A DNA stretch of 64,000 bases from Bacilli bacterium (GTDB lineage: Bacteria; Bacillota_I; Bacilli_A; JAJDGJ01), in the NCBI GenBank assembly GCA_031272545.1, contig JAISTP010000022.1, positions 1,533 through 65,532 on the forward strand, read 5' to 3'. The position numbers and the translations under genes are program-made. The notes beneath the pieces were generated by a model that saw nothing but the letters and a program-made list of their open reading frames with translations, did not search any database and was not told the DNA's origin. Shown in pieces: positions 38,301 through 47,976 of the stretch (within the stretch, counting starts at the first letter, position 1; each line of letters begins with the position of its first letter).

Positions 38301-39461
38301 TTAAACTTCTTTATCTTTATCATTTAAATCAATAATTTCAATACTATCATCATCTTTTGCTAAAGCCTTATCAAGCATTTCATTATTATTAATATCATCA
38401 CTTACTAATTTAGTCGTATCTATTTCATCAATAACTTGATCTTCTTTATTATCTACCTTTATTTCATCACTTATATTTTCATTATTATCTATAATTATCT
38501 CATTAGTACTTTTTTCTTCTTTATTATCTAAATCAATATTATCTTCACTTACTACTTTTTCTAAATTATTTGTATCCATATAATCTTTTTTCTCTTCAAA
38601 AATGGTTTTAACTAATAATTTAAAATATAACCCATTAATCATTAAAGTAGTATCAAATGCTTTAATAAGTTCATCATTACTATTGTAAAATTCAATAATA
38701 TCATTTTGATGATATTGAGCATGATTACCTTCATGTTTTTTAATTCTAATATAATCTTTTTTAAGTGTTGAAGCCATATTTTTCTTATTATAATAAATAC
38801 TATCGATTGTTACTACGACACGTTCATTTTCAAAAGAACCATAAGTATTACCATATTGAGTTATTGTTTTTTCAAAATTCTTTAATTGATGATCAACATC
38901 TTTTTCATCTTTTAAAGATAAATAAGCAAATCTAACTCCTTGAGTATCATCAATCTCTTTAATCGAACGATTAAGCTTTAAATTGGCATAGACACTGTTG
39001 ATATCATTAATTAATATTAAACTAGAATTACCTTTTTTAGTATAGAATTTACTTGAAATACTTTCCCATACTTCATTTTTATGAAAACGAAAAGCTAAAC
39101 TATCACTAAAACCAAAAGGTATATCTTTATTTAAACGATAATTAAACATTTCATCAATATTCTTAATATTAAATTCGTGCTCTACTTCTCTACCAAAACA
39201 AAATTTAATTATAGTACCATCAAATCTAATATTCTTTCTTTTATTAGCTTTAGCAGCCAATATTAAAAAGATAAATCCTAGAACTAATAAAATCCATGCA
39301 CCAATAATTATATATAAGCTATAACTACGATAATAAGAAACGACATTTAAGTGTAACAATAACACATATAAAAATACTAGGATAGCAATTAATAATAATA
39401 ATTTCCCAATAAATCTTAAAAATTTTGCGATAAATCTTTGTTTTTCATAATATATTTCCAT
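38301..39461 (-). CDS. Hypothetical membrane protein with an acidic low-complexity C-terminal tail
   Basis: Two N-terminal TM helices, a central globular part, and a D/E/N-rich tail. No known motif. Confidence 0.5.
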   Translation of the reverse strand: MEIYYEKQRFIAKFLRFIGKLLLLIAILVFLYVLLLHLNVVSYYRSYSLYIIIGAWILLVLGFIFLILAAKANKRKNIRFDGTIIKFCFGREVEHEFNIKNIDEMFNYRLNKDIPFGFSDSLAFRFHKNEVWESISSKFYTKKGNSSLILINDINSVYANLKLNRSIKEIDDTQGVRFAYLSLKDEKDVDHQLKNFEKTITQYGNTYGSFENERVVVTIDSIYYNKKNMASTLKKDYIRIKKHEGNHAQYHQNDIIEFYNSNDELIKAFDTTLMINGLYFKLLVKTIFEEKKDYMDTNNLEKVVSEDNIDLDNKEEKSTNEIIIDNNENISDEIKVDNKEDQVIDEIDTTKLVSDDINNNEMLDKALAKDDDSIEIIDLNDKDKEV

Positions 39462-39588
39462 AATTACTAACTACTCCTTATTAAATTCTTTAATTATTAT
39501 AACACTTTAATTACATCTTATTTAATAAATTACAAATTTATTAAATAAAAAAAAGGAACATTATTTTTATAATAACATTCCTAATCTA

Positions 39589-41313
39589 TTATTTATTCAA
39601 TTCTTCTAATAAAGCAATAGCAGCTAAATGAGGACCATCATGTTCTAATCCTTTAATTCCTAATCTTGTTTTTAATTGACCTACTTTAATATTATTATCT
39701 TTCATTAATTTAAAATATTCATCAATTAATTTCTTAGTTTTATTTTTTCTTTGAACAGGACCAAATGGATTCGCAAAGAAACTTTTAACTAAACCTTTTT
39801 CAGTTGTTGTGCCTTTAGCCATTCTTGCTCCATCAATAAATACTTGTTTGGCTTCATCAATATCTTTAAATAATTCTATTCCTTTACCATCCGCATCATA
39901 ATTATTCGCATAAACAAATAAATCAATTTCATAACCAGCAATTATTTCTTCATAGCTTGCGACTGGTATCACAATACGAGCATTAACTTTATCTGGATTC
40001 ATAAAGATTGAACGATCAATAGTACGATAAGCATATCCAGCATCTAAATCATCTAACCTTACAAAAGCACCTACTTCTGTACCATAAGCTTTGATAACAT
40101 TATCTTCATTAAATAAGATACCCATATCATCAAAGATAATTTTAATATCTCTAATACCATTATCTTCTAAAGTTCTTAAAGCTTCTAATGTTTCTGATTT
40201 ACCAGCCCCACTATCACCCATAATAATAACATTTTTTCTTTGTCCATTATTCATCGTAATTAAAGCCATTGCGCCATGAATTGGTAGACCACCTTCATCA
40301 ATTCCCTTAACATTATGTAATGTTAAAATCATTTTCTTCATATATCCAAAATAATCAAATTCTTCACTATATGAAGCATAACCTATTAAAATGTCTTCAT
40401 CTTTATCATGATAGAAACAAGTTTTTTCTTCTTCATCTTTAATGCCAAAGACATACATTAAATCAGGTTTAGTATTTTTAACATATTCTACTTCAGCTAA
40501 TTCAAATAAATTTGCTAGAGTAACACCCATTGACATAAAGTCTTTATGAAAATATATTAAACAAAAGTATTTCCCTACTTTAGCTGGATAACATAAGAAA
40601 TCATTTTTATCAATACTAATATCTTCCAAAGGATTGACCATAACTTCTTTAAAAATACCATCCCTTGTTGTGCGACGAGGATAAGTAATAAAAGGTGGAT
40701 GAAGAATAATATTTTCAATAATAGGAACTTGTCTTAATTTATCATAAACTCCTTTTTCATGAGCTAAATGATAATCATTTAAAATAATTCCTGCATTAAC
40801 ACCTGCTATTAATTGACGATATACTCTATTTTTCTTACCTTGTAATTTCTCACTTAAAGTACGATATGTTTCTAATATAAGATTTTCAAAATCAGTATGT
40901 GATTCAATAAAATGAACATTTTGAATACCTTTTTGTGATTTAGAATTATATACTAAAGCATATCTTTCTAAAGAACGCCAATAATCATACATTGTTTCCA
41001 CAAATTCTAAAAGTGATTTTTGTTTCTCCATATATTTAAAATAATCAGTATGAACAACTTTAATTAAATTAATATCCATTACCACTAGAAGTTTAAACAT
41101 AACTATTAAATCATATACTAATTGTTTATCATCACTCTCTATTTCATTCAATTCAAAGTATAATGGTTTTTGTTTTCTTTTTAAATATTTTAAATGAACA
41201 GTCACAAATTCCTTAAATGCACTAGTATTTAATAATTCAATTGTCGATGTGCAGTAATATTTTGTAAAATTTAAAACTGCATTAGTTTTTGATAATGTAA
41301 ATGATTTTGCCAT
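39589..41313 (-). CDS. Uncharacterised protein with a C-terminal HPr-kinase/PEPCK-like P-loop domain
   Basis: HGAMALI...NVIIMGDSGAGKSETLEAL....IFDDMGIL parallels the HprK/P pattern HG.L......GVLI.G.SG.GKSE.ALEL......L.ADD. The ~330-aa N-terminal part is unrecognised. Confidence 0.45.
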   Translation of the reverse strand: MAKSFTLSKTNAVLNFTKYYCTSTIELLNTSAFKEFVTVHLKYLKRKQKPLYFELNEIESDDKQLVYDLIVMFKLLVVMDINLIKVVHTDYFKYMEKQKSLLEFVETMYDYWRSLERYALVYNSKSQKGIQNVHFIESHTDFENLILETYRTLSEKLQGKKNRVYRQLIAGVNAGIILNDYHLAHEKGVYDKLRQVPIIENIILHPPFITYPRRTTRDGIFKEVMVNPLEDISIDKNDFLCYPAKVGKYFCLIYFHKDFMSMGVTLANLFELAEVEYVKNTKPDLMYVFGIKDEEEKTCFYHDKDEDILIGYASYSEEFDYFGYMKKMILTLHNVKGIDEGGLPIHGAMALITMNNGQRKNVIIMGDSGAGKSETLEALRTLEDNGIRDIKIIFDDMGILFNEDNVIKAYGTEVGAFVRLDDLDAGYAYRTIDRSIFMNPDKVNARIVIPVASYEEIIAGYEIDLFVYANNYDADGKGIELFKDIDEAKQVFIDGARMAKGTTTEKGLVKSFFANPFGPVQRKNKTKKLIDEYFKLMKDNNIKVGQLKTRLGIKGLEHDGPHLAAIALLEELNK

Positions 41314-41364
41314 ATATGTTATACCCCTAACTTAAAATTATACTCATTAATTATACCTTATTAA

Positions 41365-42366
41365 CTATAACAAAGGAATATTTAATTTAGCACACTCTTC
41401 TTCCATATCTTTAGGCCAAACACTCGCTTGAACTTCTCCAATATGAGCTTTTTCAAGAAAGAATAAACATAATCTTGATTGACCAATTCCTCCTCCAACA
41501 GTTAAAGGAAGTACTTCATTTATAATATTTTTATGATATGGTAATTCTAATCTTTCCATTGCATCCGCATATTCTAATTGAACTAATAATCTAGTTTTAT
41601 CCACTCTAATACCCATACTACTTAGTTCTAAAGCACAATCTAATACTGGATGATAAAAAATAATATCTCCATTTAATTGCCAATCATCATAATCTGGAGC
41701 ACGACCATCATGTCTAGTTCCATCACCTAGTTCTTTACCAATTTGTTTAATAAAGATTGCTTTATATTCACGAGCTGCTTTATGTTCTCTTTCTTTTGGT
41801 GTTAAACTAGGATCTTTTTCTCTAAGTTCTTCACTAGTTAAGAAAGTAATATCTTCAGGTAATTTCTTATCTAAAACTGAATATAATCCATTAATATATG
41901 TTTCAGTTCTTTTAAAGACTCCATAAATTCTTTTAACAATACTTTCTAAGAATTCATCAGTACGATCTTCATCTTCAATTATCATTTCCCAATCCCATTG
42001 ATCAACATATAAAGAATGGAATTGTGATAAATCTTCATCTCTTCTAATAGCATTCATATCAGTATATAAACCTGTATATGGTTTGAATTTATATCTTTTT
42101 AAAGCATTTCTTTTCCATTTTGCTAGAGAGTGAACTATTTGAACTTCTTCACCATCTTTAGTTTCAAATGCTATAGGTCTTTCTACACCATTTAAATTAT
42201 CATTCAAACCAGTGCTAGCCTTTACAAATAAAGGTGCACTAACTCTCATTAAATTTAATTCTTCAGCTAATGCTCTTTCAAAATAATCTTTTAAGTCCTT
42301 AATGGCCTTTTGTGTTTCGATAACACTTAGTTTGCTTTCATATGGTTTTTTTAAATCTAGTTTCAT
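41365..42366 (-). CDS. asnA: Aspartate-ammonia ligase (asparagine synthetase A)
   Basis: AsnA-type class-II-synthetase-like sequence (ETQKAIKDLKDYFE, LMRVSAPLFV, GGGIGQSRLCLFFL). The ATG at 42366 follows AGGAGGGG. Confidence 0.9.
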   Translation of the reverse strand: MKLDLKKPYESKLSVIETQKAIKDLKDYFERALAEELNLMRVSAPLFVKASTGLNDNLNGVERPIAFETKDGEEVQIVHSLAKWKRNALKRYKFKPYTGLYTDMNAIRRDEDLSQFHSLYVDQWDWEMIIEDEDRTDEFLESIVKRIYGVFKRTETYINGLYSVLDKKLPEDITFLTSEELREKDPSLTPKEREHKAAREYKAIFIKQIGKELGDGTRHDGRAPDYDDWQLNGDIIFYHPVLDCALELSSMGIRVDKTRLLVQLEYADAMERLELPYHKNIINEVLPLTVGGGIGQSRLCLFFLEKAHIGEVQASVWPKDMEEECAKLNIPLL

Positions 42367-42384
42367 ACTAACCCCTCCTGTAAA

Positions 42385-42600
42385 ATAAAAAAAGCTTCTA
42401 ATCATAGAAGCGCTAATAGCACGGTGCCATTCTACTTAATATAACTAATAACATTAGTAATATCATCTCTTTACTGTAACGTAGTTACACGGGATAGTCT
42501 ACTTAAGTTCTCCTATCCAACTCCTAAAGTGTTCCCTTAGCACAAACATTAAACTTTTTCACCAGCCAAGTTCTCTCTTAAATGTTTTTGTGTAAGAATC
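42385..42600 (-). promoter_or_regulatory. T-box riboswitch, proximal copy (Asn specifier AAC likely)
   Basis: The minus-strand RNA has AAGAGAG, distal loop GGCTGGTGAAA, GGGAACAC (AAC followed by A) 3' of Stem I, T-box GTAGAATGGCACCGTG, and terminator GCTTCTA-TGAT-TAGAAGC plus T7. Confidence 0.8.
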
Positions 42601-42623
42601 TTTAATCAAAGTTATTCATATTA

Positions 42624-42845
42624 AATAAAAAAAACGCATCTACATAGAAACGTAAATACGCGGTACCATTCTACTTCATATCAAAAGATATGCCCTCTAC
42701 TTATAACGCTAAGTATGCGAGATAGTCTACTATTAGTTCTCCTATCTGACTCCAAAAGTGTTCCTTATTTAAGATATTTAAGCTTTCACACCACCCAAGC
42801 TCTCTCTTTAAATATTACTTAAACAAAGTCTTTCTTCCATGTCTT
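42624..42845 (-). promoter_or_regulatory. T-box riboswitch, distal copy (Asn specifier AAC likely)
   Basis: The minus-strand RNA has AAAGAGAG, distal loop GGGTGGTGTGA, AGGAACAC, T-box GTAGAATGGTACCGCG, and terminator ACGTTTCTA-TG-TAGATGCGT plus T8. Confidence 0.8.
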
Positions 42846-42852
42846 GTGCACT

Positions 42853-42881
42853 AGTTTAACATATTGAATTATCAAATGCAA
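42853..42881 (-). promoter_or_regulatory. Promoter of the tandem T-box/asnA transcript
   Basis: Minus strand TTGCAT, 17 nt, TAAACT, with TG at the extended -10 position. Confidence 0.55.
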
Positions 42882-42911
42882 TGATAAATTGAAAATATTT
42901 TTAAAATTTAT

Positions 42912-42953
42912 GATTAACTTATAATAGTATCTTAAGAATTAACTCTTGAAAAT
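42912..42953 (-). promoter_or_regulatory. Conserved 42-nt upstream motif, copy 2
   Basis: GATTAACTTATAATAGTATCTTAAGAATTAACTCTTGAAAAT matches 22939-22980 at 35/42 positions. It starts about 30 nt upstream of the -35 box. Confidence 0.4.
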
Positions 42954-43124
42954 TTCCTACATAAATTATTATATTATTAAGAGTATTATATGTAATGAAT
43001 TTTTTTATAAAATAAAAACTTTTAAAAATAATTAAAATAATATAATAATTTTCATTTTTTTCTTAAATTAAATATCTTATTCAGTACCCCATATTAATAT
43101 GGTATAATGTTATGAGGTGAAAAT

Positions 43125-44480
43125 ATGGAAAATTATAAATTAATGAAAAATGCTAAAATAACTTCGCTTTTATGGAAATTCTCATTACCTGCTATTGTAG
43201 GAATGTTAGTAAATGCTTTATATAATATTATTGATCGAATTTTTGTTGGAAATGCTAGTGATTTAGGGACTAACGGTTTAGCAGGAATGACTGTAGTATT
43301 CCCAATCTTTATGATAATCATGGCTGTTTCTTTAACTTGTGGTGTTGGTGGAGCTGCTTTGTTTTCTATATCAATGGGAGAGAAAAAATATAAAAAAGCT
43401 AATAATATTATTGGTAATGCTTTTGCTTTAGCTTTATTGTTAACTTTTTTAGTAGCTGTATTCTTTTTTAGTTTTATGGATCCAATTTTAAAACAATTTG
43501 GTGCTAGTGAAACAGTTTTACCTTATTCAAAAGCTTATCTATCAATGATATTATTAGGAGCTATGTTTCAAGGATGGAATATGACTGGTAATAATCTTAT
43601 AAGAGCTAATGGCTCTCCAAAAATTTCAATGTTATCTATTATTTTAGGAGTATGTGTTAATTGTATTTTGGCTCCTTTATTCATTTATGTCTTTAAATGG
43701 GGGATGACTGGATGTGGACTAGCGACAATATTAGGAATGTTATCATCATCAATTTGGATTTTTATTTATTTCTATAGATCTCAACATAAATTTACTTTTA
43801 AAAAATTACTTCTTAAAAAAGATTTATCAAAAGGTATCTTTATTACAGGATTACCAGCTTTCTGTATTCAATTTGCTGGTAGTGCTTTTAATATGGTACT
43901 AAATGCTTCATTAATAAAATATGGTGGTGACATTGCTGTTTCAAGTATGGGCTTAGTAAATAGTGTTCAAACATTAGTTGCTTTACCAATTATTGGTCTA
44001 AATCAAGGGGCTTTGCCTATTATTGGTTTTAATTTTGGAGCCAAGGATTTTAATCGTGTTATTTCAACTGTAAAAATAAGTGCTGTTATTGCGACAATAA
44101 TGTCTATTATTGGTTTTATTATAACTCATACTATTAATAGAGAAATAATTATGATTTTTAATCGTGATCCTGAATTAATAAAGATGGGTTCATATTTTCT
44201 ATGGATGTGGTTCTTAGCTTTCCCTCTTGTCGGTGTTGGGATGGTTGGAGGAAACTATTTTCAATCAATTGGTAAAGCAGTCCCTGCTATCTTCTTATCT
44301 TTAACAAGACAAGTTATTATCTTAATACCTTTAATTTTTATCTTACCTAACTTCTTTGGTTTAGATGGGGTGGTTATGGCACAACCAATTGCGGATGTAT
44401 CATCTACCTTTATTGGTGTTACTTGTTTAATATTATCATTAAAAAAATTAAAAAAAGAAATGAATTCTAAAAATACTTAA
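43125..44480 (+). CDS. MATE family efflux transporter
   Basis: 12 TM helices with a MATE N-terminal block (LWKFSLPAIVGMLVNALYNIIDRIFVG). Confidence 0.85.
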   Translation: MENYKLMKNAKITSLLWKFSLPAIVGMLVNALYNIIDRIFVGNASDLGTNGLAGMTVVFPIFMIIMAVSLTCGVGGAALFSISMGEKKYKKANNIIGNAFALALLLTFLVAVFFFSFMDPILKQFGASETVLPYSKAYLSMILLGAMFQGWNMTGNNLIRANGSPKISMLSIILGVCVNCILAPLFIYVFKWGMTGCGLATILGMLSSSIWIFIYFYRSQHKFTFKKLLLKKDLSKGIFITGLPAFCIQFAGSAFNMVLNASLIKYGGDIAVSSMGLVNSVQTLVALPIIGLNQGALPIIGFNFGAKDFNRVISTVKISAVIATIMSIIGFIITHTINREIIMIFNRDPELIKMGSYFLWMWFLAFPLVGVGMVGGNYFQSIGKAVPAIFLSLTRQVIILIPLIFILPNFFGLDGVVMAQPIADVSSTFIGVTCLILSLKKLKKEMNSKNT

Positions 44481-44557
44481 TTAGTATTTTTTTTTATCTT
44501 TTTTTATGTTATTATGTAAATAATTTATATTATACTTTTATAAGTGGGGTTTAAAAT

Positions 44558-45613
44558 ATGAAAAAAATAATATGTTTTTTATTATTCTTTGTTTTAGCAA
44601 TTAATTATCAAGTTAATGCGGATACAAAAGATGATGCAGCTAATGAATTCTATAATTTAATTAATAAAATAGAAAAAGGTAATGGTATAAATGCTAGTAT
44701 AGCATTAGATGCTAATTTAATTGATAGTGATGATAATTCAAGTATTCCTTTAAATTTTAATTCTAATATTATTATAGATAATAATTTTAATGCTCATATT
44801 ACAAATACTTTTTATGACAAAACTATTTTAGAATTATTACCACCAGATGTATCTTATGATGAATTTTATTTTGACAATGATTACATTTATTTTAAATATA
44901 ATAATACTTGGTATAAAATAGATCCTTATCTTATTCAATATTTAATAAATGATATAGATAATGAAGAATATAATGATTCAGAAGATAATATTGAAGATAT
45001 AGATAATGAAGAGTTTAATGATTTAGAAGATAATATTGAAGATGTTGATAATGAAGACTTTAATGATTTAGAAGATAATATTGAAGATGTCATAATAGAT
45101 AATGATTTTGAACAATATGTTACCAATATTAATACTGATGATATAATTTCATTTTTTAATAATTTAGAAAATGCTACTTATACCAAAGATAATAATGATT
45201 ATATTGTAACTGGTCGTATTAATAGTGATTTGCTTAGTAAATATGCAAAAGGATTTGGTATTGATGATCAAGAAACTATTAATGAAATAAGTAGTAATCA
45301 AGTAGATCTTAAAATATCAATACTTAATAGTAAATCACAAATTATCTTTAGTTTTACTAATTTAAGTAAAGAAAGTTCTTTATATCAAAATGGGTTTCAT
45401 TTAAATAGTTTAGTTATTAAATTAACAGAAAATAATGAAAATGTAATTATTCCTGAAGATGTTTTAAATGCTATAGATATATCTAGTTTAATGCGTCTTA
45501 CAGATAATGAAGGAAGAATAATACCTAGTACTGGTTCTAATTTATTAATATTAAATACTTTTAGTTTTATATTATTATTAACAACTAGTATTATCTATAA
45601 AAGAAATTATTAA
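44558..45613 (+). CDS. Secreted acidic surface protein with a sortase-type C-terminal sorting signal (IPSTG)
   Basis: Signal peptide. The C-terminus has IPSTG, then a hydrophobic stretch, then a KRNY tail. Acidic 15-aa repeats lie in the middle. Confidence 0.55.
   Translation: MKKIICFLLFFVLAINYQVNADTKDDAANEFYNLINKIEKGNGINASIALDANLIDSDDNSSIPLNFNSNIIIDNNFNAHITNTFYDKTILELLPPDVSYDEFYFDNDYIYFKYNNTWYKIDPYLIQYLINDIDNEEYNDSEDNIEDIDNEEFNDLEDNIEDVDNEDFNDLEDNIEDVIIDNDFEQYVTNINTDDIISFFNNLENATYTKDNNDYIVTGRINSDLLSKYAKGFGIDDQETINEISSNQVDLKISILNSKSQIIFSFTNLSKESSLYQNGFHLNSLVIKLTENNENVIIPEDVLNAIDISSLMRLTDNEGRIIPSTGSNLLILNTFSFILLLTTSIIYKRNY
44957..45091 (+). repeat. 3 x 45-bp in-frame tandem repeat (DNEE[YF]ND[SL]EDNIED[IV])
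   Basis: Units at 44957-45001, 45002-45046 and 45047-45091 differ at only a few positions. Confidence 0.9.
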
Positions 45614-45624
45614 TAAAAAAGTAT

Positions 45625-45652
45625 AACACGACTTAATTATGTCGTGTTTTTG
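45625..45652 (+). terminator. Intrinsic terminator after the surface-protein gene
   Basis: AACACGAC-TTAATTAT-GTCGTGTT followed by a T-run. Confidence 0.65.
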
Positions 45653-45681
45653 TTATAATTAGAGTGAAAAGAGGTAATAAT

Positions 45682-46248
45682 ATGAATTATTTAATAACTA
45701 ATCCAGCATGTCCTTATTGTTATGCTAATGTAATGATGATGGAAAAAGAATTAAAGAATCTTGATGATAATGATTTATATCTTCTTCCTTATACATTAAC
45801 TCCAGATGTACAAGAGTATGATGATAAACTATATCAAACAACAAAAGATAATTTTGAAAATAATGTTCTTGAAGAATTAAGTAAGTATGATATTAAACAA
45901 CCAAAGTTTTATTTAAAAGAAAATATTGGTTCATCTAAATTAGTATTCATGACTTATTATTATTTAAGAGAATATAATTTAGGATTAAAATTCTATCATG
46001 AAATAACTAAATTATTTTATTTAGATGATTTTAATTATTCAAATATTAATAATTTAACTAATATCATAGAAAAATTAGGATTGAATAAAGATGATTATTT
46101 AAATAAAATTAATAACTATGAAGCTATCTATTTAGATGAATTAAATAAAGTAGATGATTATGAAATAGAGAGTGTTCCTGCTTATATTATTGATAATGAA
46201 ATCTATTATGGTATTAATAAACCAATTAACATTCTAAAAAACAAATAA
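45682..46248 (+). CDS. DsbA/FrnE-like thioredoxin-fold protein (CPYC active site)
   Basis: N-terminal NPACPYCY CxxC motif and a DsbA-like helical insertion. The ATG at 45682 follows AAAGAGG; the track start at 45664 is a GTG. Confidence 0.45.
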   Translation: MNYLITNPACPYCYANVMMMEKELKNLDDNDLYLLPYTLTPDVQEYDDKLYQTTKDNFENNVLEELSKYDIKQPKFYLKENIGSSKLVFMTYYYLREYNLGLKFYHEITKLFYLDDFNYSNINNLTNIIEKLGLNKDDYLNKINNYEAIYLDELNKVDDYEIESVPAYIIDNEIYYGINKPINILKNK

Positions 46249-46380
46249 TTATTATTTGTTTTTTTATTGTCTATTATTAACTATAACCTAAAATATTTTG
46301 TATAATAGCGATTGAATATGAAAATAATTTTATTTAATTTTTAAATAAACAAATAAATTTTTTAAGAGAGGTTTGATTTT

Positions 46381-47169
46381 ATGTCAAAGAAATGTATTTT
46401 ATCAATTATATTATATGTGCTAGGAGGCCTATTAATTATTTATGGGATTTGGGCTACTGTAGAATTAATTATTGTTATTAAACAATATGTTGCTCAAGGA
46501 ATGCAATTAAATACTCATGCTTTAATTTTCCAAGCATTTGATTATGTTCTTAAAGAAGTAGTTTTATACTATGGTTTTGGTATCTTATTTATAGTATTAG
46601 GATTCTTTAATTGTAAATTAAATGGTTTAACTAAAAACAAAGCTAATATTACTAAAAAAGATAGTTTAAAAGAAGTAGTAGCTGCTAATGAAAATAGTGT
46701 AGATGATACAAAAAAAGATTACTATGATAAAGACACTGAAGCTATTATCAAAGATAATAGTGAAAGTAAAAAAGAAAATGTTTCAGAAGATGTTATTGAA
46801 GAACAAATTGAAGAGCCAAAGAATAGTGAAGATGTTAAAATTACTAATGAATACAATGATAGTTTAGAAGCTAAAGACGACAATAAAGGGTTAGATTCTT
46901 TAGATATTGTCGATGAAACATTAAATAAAGATAAGAAGTTATCTAAAAAAGAATTAGAAACTATTGTTAGTGATGCTATTAATTTAACTCCATCAGCTTT
47001 AAGTAAAAGAGAAGAATCTGGATGGACTAAAGTGGATTTTACTACTTTAGAAGAAGCTAAAGAATTAGCTAAAGATAATAAAGTTAAATTTGTTGTTTCT
47101 AAAAAAGATAAAACTTTAATTGATAGTTTAGAAGATATTAAGTATTTAATTACTAAACCATTAAAATAA
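46381..47169 (+). CDS. Hypothetical two-TM membrane protein with an acidic cytoplasmic region
   Basis: Two N-terminal TM helices followed by a K/E/D-rich region. No known motif. Confidence 0.45.
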   Translation: MSKKCILSIILYVLGGLLIIYGIWATVELIIVIKQYVAQGMQLNTHALIFQAFDYVLKEVVLYYGFGILFIVLGFFNCKLNGLTKNKANITKKDSLKEVVAANENSVDDTKKDYYDKDTEAIIKDNSESKKENVSEDVIEEQIEEPKNSEDVKITNEYNDSLEAKDDNKGLDSLDIVDETLNKDKKLSKKELETIVSDAINLTPSALSKREESGWTKVDFTTLEEAKELAKDNKVKFVVSKKDKTLIDSLEDIKYLITKPLK

Positions 47170-47185
47170 GAATTAATTAATCATA

Positions 47186-47216
47186 AAACAAGAACTGGTT
47201 AACCAGTTCTTTTTTA
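47186..47216. terminator. Bidirectional terminator
   Basis: Perfect palindrome AAGAACTGGTT/AACCAGTTCTT with flanking A and T runs. Confidence 0.7.
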
Positions 47217-47234
47217 TGATTAAATCATTAATGA

Positions 47235-47972
47235 TTATAATCTCATACCACCATTAACATTTAATGTTTGACCAGTAATATATGAAGATTCATCACTTGC
47301 TAGAAATAATGCAGCATTAGCAATTTCTTCAGGTTGTCCTAATCTTCCAAGCATAGTTAATTTAGCAAATCCATCTAATAAATCTTGTGGAACTGTTTTT
47401 AAAATGTCTGTCATAACATATCCTGGAGCAATAGCATTACATCTTACATTTTCACCTTTACGAGCAAATTCTTTAGCCCATGTTTTAGTTAATCCTAAGA
47501 CACCTGCTTTTGTAGCCGCATAATTAGCTTGTCCAATATTACCAAATACTCCAACAACACTTGAAATATTAATAATTGATCCATAACCATTACTTTGCAT
47601 ATGAGGACCAACATATCTAGTTAAATTAAATACTCCTTTTAAGTTAACATCAATAACTAAATCCCACATTTCATCAGTCATTTTAACTGTTAAACCATCT
47701 CTAGTAATTCCAGCATTATTAACTAAGATATCAATCTTTCCATATTTAGCAACAACTTCATCAAATACTTTCTTACAGTTTTCACCATCAGAAACATTAA
47801 GTTTAACACCTTCTACATTATCATGGCTGTAAGTTAAATCAGCCATATCAGCAGCAATAACTTTAGCTCCTTCATTTGCAAATTTAAGAGCAATTTCCAT
47901 ACCAATACCTTTAGCAGCACCTGTTACTAAAGCAACTTTATTTTCTAATCTCATAATATTTTTTACCTCCAA
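47235..47972 (-). CDS. SDR-family 3-oxoacyl-(ACP/CoA) reductase
   Basis: TGAAKGIG cofactor motif, NNAG, catalytic YAATKAG. Lies immediately downstream of the thiolase gene. Confidence 0.85.
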   Translation of the reverse strand: MEVKNIMRLENKVALVTGAAKGIGMEIALKFANEGAKVIAADMADLTYSHDNVEGVKLNVSDGENCKKVFDEVVAKYGKIDILVNNAGITRDGLTVKMTDEMWDLVIDVNLKGVFNLTRYVGPHMQSNGYGSIINISSVVGVFGNIGQANYAATKAGVLGLTKTWAKEFARKGENVRCNAIAPGYVMTDILKTVPQDLLDGFAKLTMLGRLGQPEEIANAALFLASDESSYITGQTLNVNGGMRL

Positions 47973-47976
47973 TAAT

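Noticed and set aside
39554-39583. Apparent terminator hairpin AGGAACATTA...TAACATTCCT downstream of the 574-aa gene.
   Set aside because: On checking, it is a mirror repeat, not an inverted repeat (the reverse complement would be TAATGTTCCT). It cannot form the stem.
44957-45091. Regularly spaced direct repeats that might suggest a CRISPR array.
   Set aside because: The units are contiguous 45-bp tandem repeats with no spacers. They are in frame inside a secreted-protein gene, and no cas genes are in the window.
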